Shown here in pieces: positions 59,902 to 64,000 of a stretch of DNA of 64,000 nucleotides. Source of the DNA: Octopus sinensis. Lineage: Eukaryota. Location: assembly GCF_006345805.1 (NCBI RefSeq), contig NC_043003.1:76136001-76200000 (forward strand), read 5' to 3'. Position 1 is the stretch's first letter, and each line of letters opens with the position of its first letter. The notes beneath the pieces are model-generated. The model made no database searches and was not told where the DNA came from. It worked only from the letters and a program-made list of their open reading frames with translations. A program made the translations under genes and the position numbers.

Positions 59902-60807
59902 TTGGACACAAAATTCAAGTTCTCTGCAGATAGAATAGTGACAGAGTTATTTTGCAAGTCCACGTCATCCCACATTTATCTCCACCGCCGCTCCGATCAT
60001 CCATATCATCTTATTCGGTCAAATCTGAAATCCGAATTTTTGAGGTTAAGACGGATTTGTACTGACATAGGGGATTACTGGAAACATTCAAATGCGTTTG
60101 TATGTCACTATGTCAAACGCGGTTACAGTGAATCACGATTAAAGGAAATAGCAAATGAAATAGCTAATTTTAGCAAAGATACTCAAATATACACGCATAA
60201 TTTTAGCAAACACAATACAATGGATGACAGAATTCCTTTAGTGATTAACTGGCACCGACATTTCGCTGGCATTTCAAAAGTGATGCATGAAAGTTACCAG
60301 CATGTGGTGAAAAAATATCCTCGTTTCAAACACATATTTCCTCAGCCGCCTATTGTAGCGTTTAGACGGAATAAGAATATAAGAGAATTATTGACCTCTA
60401 TATCTGACTCCAAGGAAACGCACATTGGAGAATCTGCACGCTGTACCTTAAAGAACAGCCGCAAGAGAGGTAAGTCCTGTTCCTTGTGCAACAACATGAG
60501 TGAAGTGAATTCCATCAAAAATCATAACAGAAATGTTATGATTTATACAGAAGGTGGAACATGTAAAGATTCCCATTTGGCGTACGCTGCAGAATGCACG
60601 AAACACAACATAATTTATGTTGGTTGTACAACAGAAAAACAATTAAACAAAAGGTTTAATGGATACAGATTCGACGTCAGGCACAATAACAGTAGTTCGA
60701 CAGAACTTGCTGAACATTTCGTTTCAAGCGGCTGCAATTCTGAAGGAGAATTGAAAGTGCATATTCTAGAAAATATTCTGGATCTGCTTCCTTTTCACTT
60801 GTCATAA
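59902..60807 (+). pseudogene. PLE thumb/linker + CxxC + GIY-YIG endonuclease
   Basis: YLH..S.HP..L..EFLRLRRIC, KRGYS, CSLC, LAYAAEC..IIYVGCT..LNKRFNGY..ELAEHF. Confidence 0.9.
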
Positions 60808-61180
60808 TGTGTATTGAGAAATATGTTTGCGGGTTATTGGTATCACGCTCTAGAGGAATGATTAAGATGACAGGAGAATATCATCAAATTTAAAGAAAAC
60901 TGTTTGATTAAGTATACTTCTTTCTCTCTTCTTATTTTCTTTTTTTTTTCTATCGTCTTCGTTCTTTCTATTTTCTCTGTCTTATTCTTTGCGCCTGTTA
61001 TAAAATTATAACATCAACGTTTGGACGCTGGTTGTTCTCTACTCTGCTGGAAATAGGAAGGACTGTACGAAATATCCTCGATATCTATGGAAAGTGGTTG
61101 TGATCCGGTATTAATGATATTGTTTCCCAATGAGAATCATTCGGAATCTTCAAGAAGAAGAAGAAGAAGAAGAAGAAGAA

Positions 61181-61880
61181 TATAAAGTGTACCCTTAACA
61201 GGCAATGACTTTCGGTAGCAGTGCCAGGTCAGGGTTTCTAGAAATTATGTGTGGGCTCCACCCAATAGTTCTGCGGGAAAAATCAAATAGTTACCGATGC
61301 CCTGAGATTCCGCAAGGATGTTAATCTTACCAACCACTAATCCTCTCAAGAAAGCCGCGTTGGAACATTTATCGGCCACATTGTCTGACTGGTGGCAGAC
61401 TCTGAACTCCTTAACTGCAAGGCGTGCAGCATCAGTCTGCGCTTGATCCAAGACTGTAGTTCTGCCTAAGAGACGAGCGGTGACTATCACATCTGGCAAG
61501 TCAACCACATTTGCTCACTTTCGAGGAGAATTTGGAGATGTGATAATACAACGTATGTCTGTATCATGAGCCACTCAATACAATGGATGTCCTGAGCAGC
61601 ACACCATATCCCTTCAGCAGAAAATGGAAAAGGAAGAGTTCCGTTCTGGTCAGCCATGAAGCGGGGTAAACCATTACTGTAAGGTGACAGTATATATGGT
61701 ATGCAAAGTCGGTCCTTTCAACCTACACATATCTATTCAGTGATAGTTTTATTTGAACCTATCTCTCGGCGAGGCTAACCACTCTGAATATCACCTCTTC
61801 GAAGTTCTTATCTAGTTGGATCAAAGAAAGCAAATTTGATCCCGGCATTATTTGAACTCTGTACATAAAGAGCTGGAATG
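61181..61880. other. 700 bp unclassified insert between two (GAA)n arrays
   Basis: Higher-complexity, GC-richer block bounded by GAA repeats at 61152-61180 and 61881 onward. Confidence 0.45.
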
Positions 61881-62772
61881 GAAGAAGAAGAAGAAGAAGA
61901 AGAAGAAGAAGAAGAAGAAGAAGAAGAAGAAGAAGAAGAGAATGAAGAAGAAGAAGAAGAAGAAGAAGAAGAAGAAGAACAACAACAACAACAACAACAA
62001 CAGCAACAACAACAACAACAACAAACTTATACAAATTCTACAATGACTGTTGCTACTTCGATGCTGCAAAATATCTCAGGCTTACTACAGTGGTTGCCAT
62101 GATAACTGCTTCTACTACAATAAGAGAAAAAAATAATCCTCATACTGATAATAATACGATAAAATGAATTCCGATGCTACTGCTATGACTTTCCTTACAA
62201 TAAACGTTTAGATGAGGTGTTAGACAACTCTTTTGACAACAGTCATAATCTCCCGATATTTCTTCAATTGATTTATTTTGTTGGTGGCTCAATGGCCCGA
62301 AATATAGGGAATTATTTAATTATACCTAAGATAACACCTGAATACCGTGTTGTTTCTTAAAAATAATTCATATTCTTCTGCATAGCAGGAAGATTTCCAG
62401 CATAGTCGATTTACAAACGTATTTATAATATATGTCCTTTTGCATGTGCTCGCATGCATATATGTGTGTGGCTACATATTTACACATACATACCTACATA
62501 CATACATGCTTACCAATATACACAGACAAACCGACCTCAACCTCAATCATAAATACATACATGCATACATACATACATACATACATATATATGTACGTGT
62601 TTGTCTGTGCGTGAGCATATGAGTTTTTGTATGTGTGCGTGCCTTAAACGGATTCCAAGCATTTTCATTGATATGCTATTTGAAGAATGCCTCAACTCCA
62701 AGAAACTACGAATTAGACGTGCAGGAGTCAACTTTATCGATAAAACACAAACGTATATTAATAGATGTATGC

Positions 62773-62821
<49 letters not shown>

Positions 62822-64000
62822 TATAACTATATACATATATGTATATAGTTATATAATATGTATTCATATGTATGGATGTGTATGTATATATATATATATA
62901 TATTATATATATATATATACATACATACACTCGCAAGAACATATACAGGTATATAGTTGGTAACTATCTCGCGCTATGTGGCTCAATTTCTGTATATGAA
63001 TGTGTGTATGTGTCTATGCCTTTCAGTGTGTGTTTACGTATACATACATGCCTTCATACATGCGCACTGATACACATTATGTTCGTTAGGCAAAGCTTCT
63101 CGTTAGTTCTTTCCATCTTTATATTTTGCGATTTGTATGCTATTAGTTTTGTCTCTGTAGCAATGTGATTATATAATTCTCAAAGTAAATCACAAATGCG
63201 TTTGTTGTCATGAACTTTTAGGATTAATAGTTTAATAACTTATTAATTTAGGCAGGTGTTTATCGGAGAGGAAAAATCTTAGGAATGCTATTGGGAATCT
63301 CTTATCGCTTAATACTGCAATATTCTCTTGAGATCTAATAACAAATTACGAATGGGAACTAGTGAACCGAAATTAAATATATAGATGTACACACCAGAAA
63401 TAATCACACATACACACACACACATATACACGCTTGTGCACACAGATACACACATATAGAAATAGAGATGCAAGGCAGCAGGCACACGCATGCGCTCAAA
63501 CGCAATATTGTACGATTCAATTTGTAATGACACACACATATATAGATATATACATAGATCTGTATAACCTCAAGTATACAATATTTATATGCACGTGTGT
63601 GTGTATGTGTATACAGATATATGTGGGTGTTTGTATGTTCGTGTGTGTGAGCACACTCTGATGAACGTAGATTAGTTAGACCCAGTATATATACATACAA
63701 CAGCTGATAAATACATATATAAACTACATGCATACTGAAAGAGGACAGAACAAAGATACGCACCAACTAGGAAAAAGACACGCACTTTCAACACTTATGT
63801 TCGCTCATCCAATCACAGATATACACACATTGCAACATACCCTCAAATAGCTACACAGACTGTGTTTGAGTTCCTGTGTACTTTGAACTAATCTCAAGGC
63901 CGATCTCTTTAATTGTAATTCCTTTGTTTGACAGCTTTGTAATTTCTGAATATTTATTTTGTTATTGTTAATTCGTTTCTTATCTTTATTTTTAATTAAA

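Larger units (their letters stand above)
57010..61045. mobile_element. Neptune-type Penelope-like retroelement with inverted 5' segment
   Basis: Minus 58105->57010: NPGP motif, PLE N-terminal motif, Ulp1-like domain. Plus 58107->61045: Ulp1 C-half, VINLS, ADKGG, RT, CxxC, GIY-YIG, 3' UTR. Confidence 0.85.

Overview
This is AT-rich eukaryotic DNA made almost entirely of repeats. The SINE families (CORE-type and MetaSINE-like tRNA SINEs) and the dense AAT/CA/TA/GATA/GAA microsatellites point to an octopus or other cephalopod genome (inference). I find no host protein-coding gene I can support; nearly all ORFs in the track are microsatellite artefacts or transposon fossils. The window holds many R4/Dong-type (RLE) LINE fragments embedded in (AAT)n tracts, Tx1/L1 LINEs, a CR1 fragment, Tc1/mariner and hAT-like fossils, a Helitron-type non-autonomous element, several MITE/foldback hairpins and several Penelope-like element (PLE) pieces with hammerhead-ribozyme-like motifs. 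Three things stand out. (1) A Neptune-type PLE at ~57.0-61.0 kb whose decayed ORF appears to carry a 2A-like NPGP motif and a Ulp1/SENP-like cysteine protease upstream of RT and GIY-YIG, with an inverted and partly duplicated 5' part. (2) A palindromic element with two back-to-back tRNA heads, each leading through (AAT)n into a hammerhead-bearing tail; one arm is split by ~2.5 kb of nested AAT-associated LINE insertions. (3) A ~0.9 kb A4T4-periodic satellite. All identities and alignments were done by eye, and coordinates of degraded elements are approximate.
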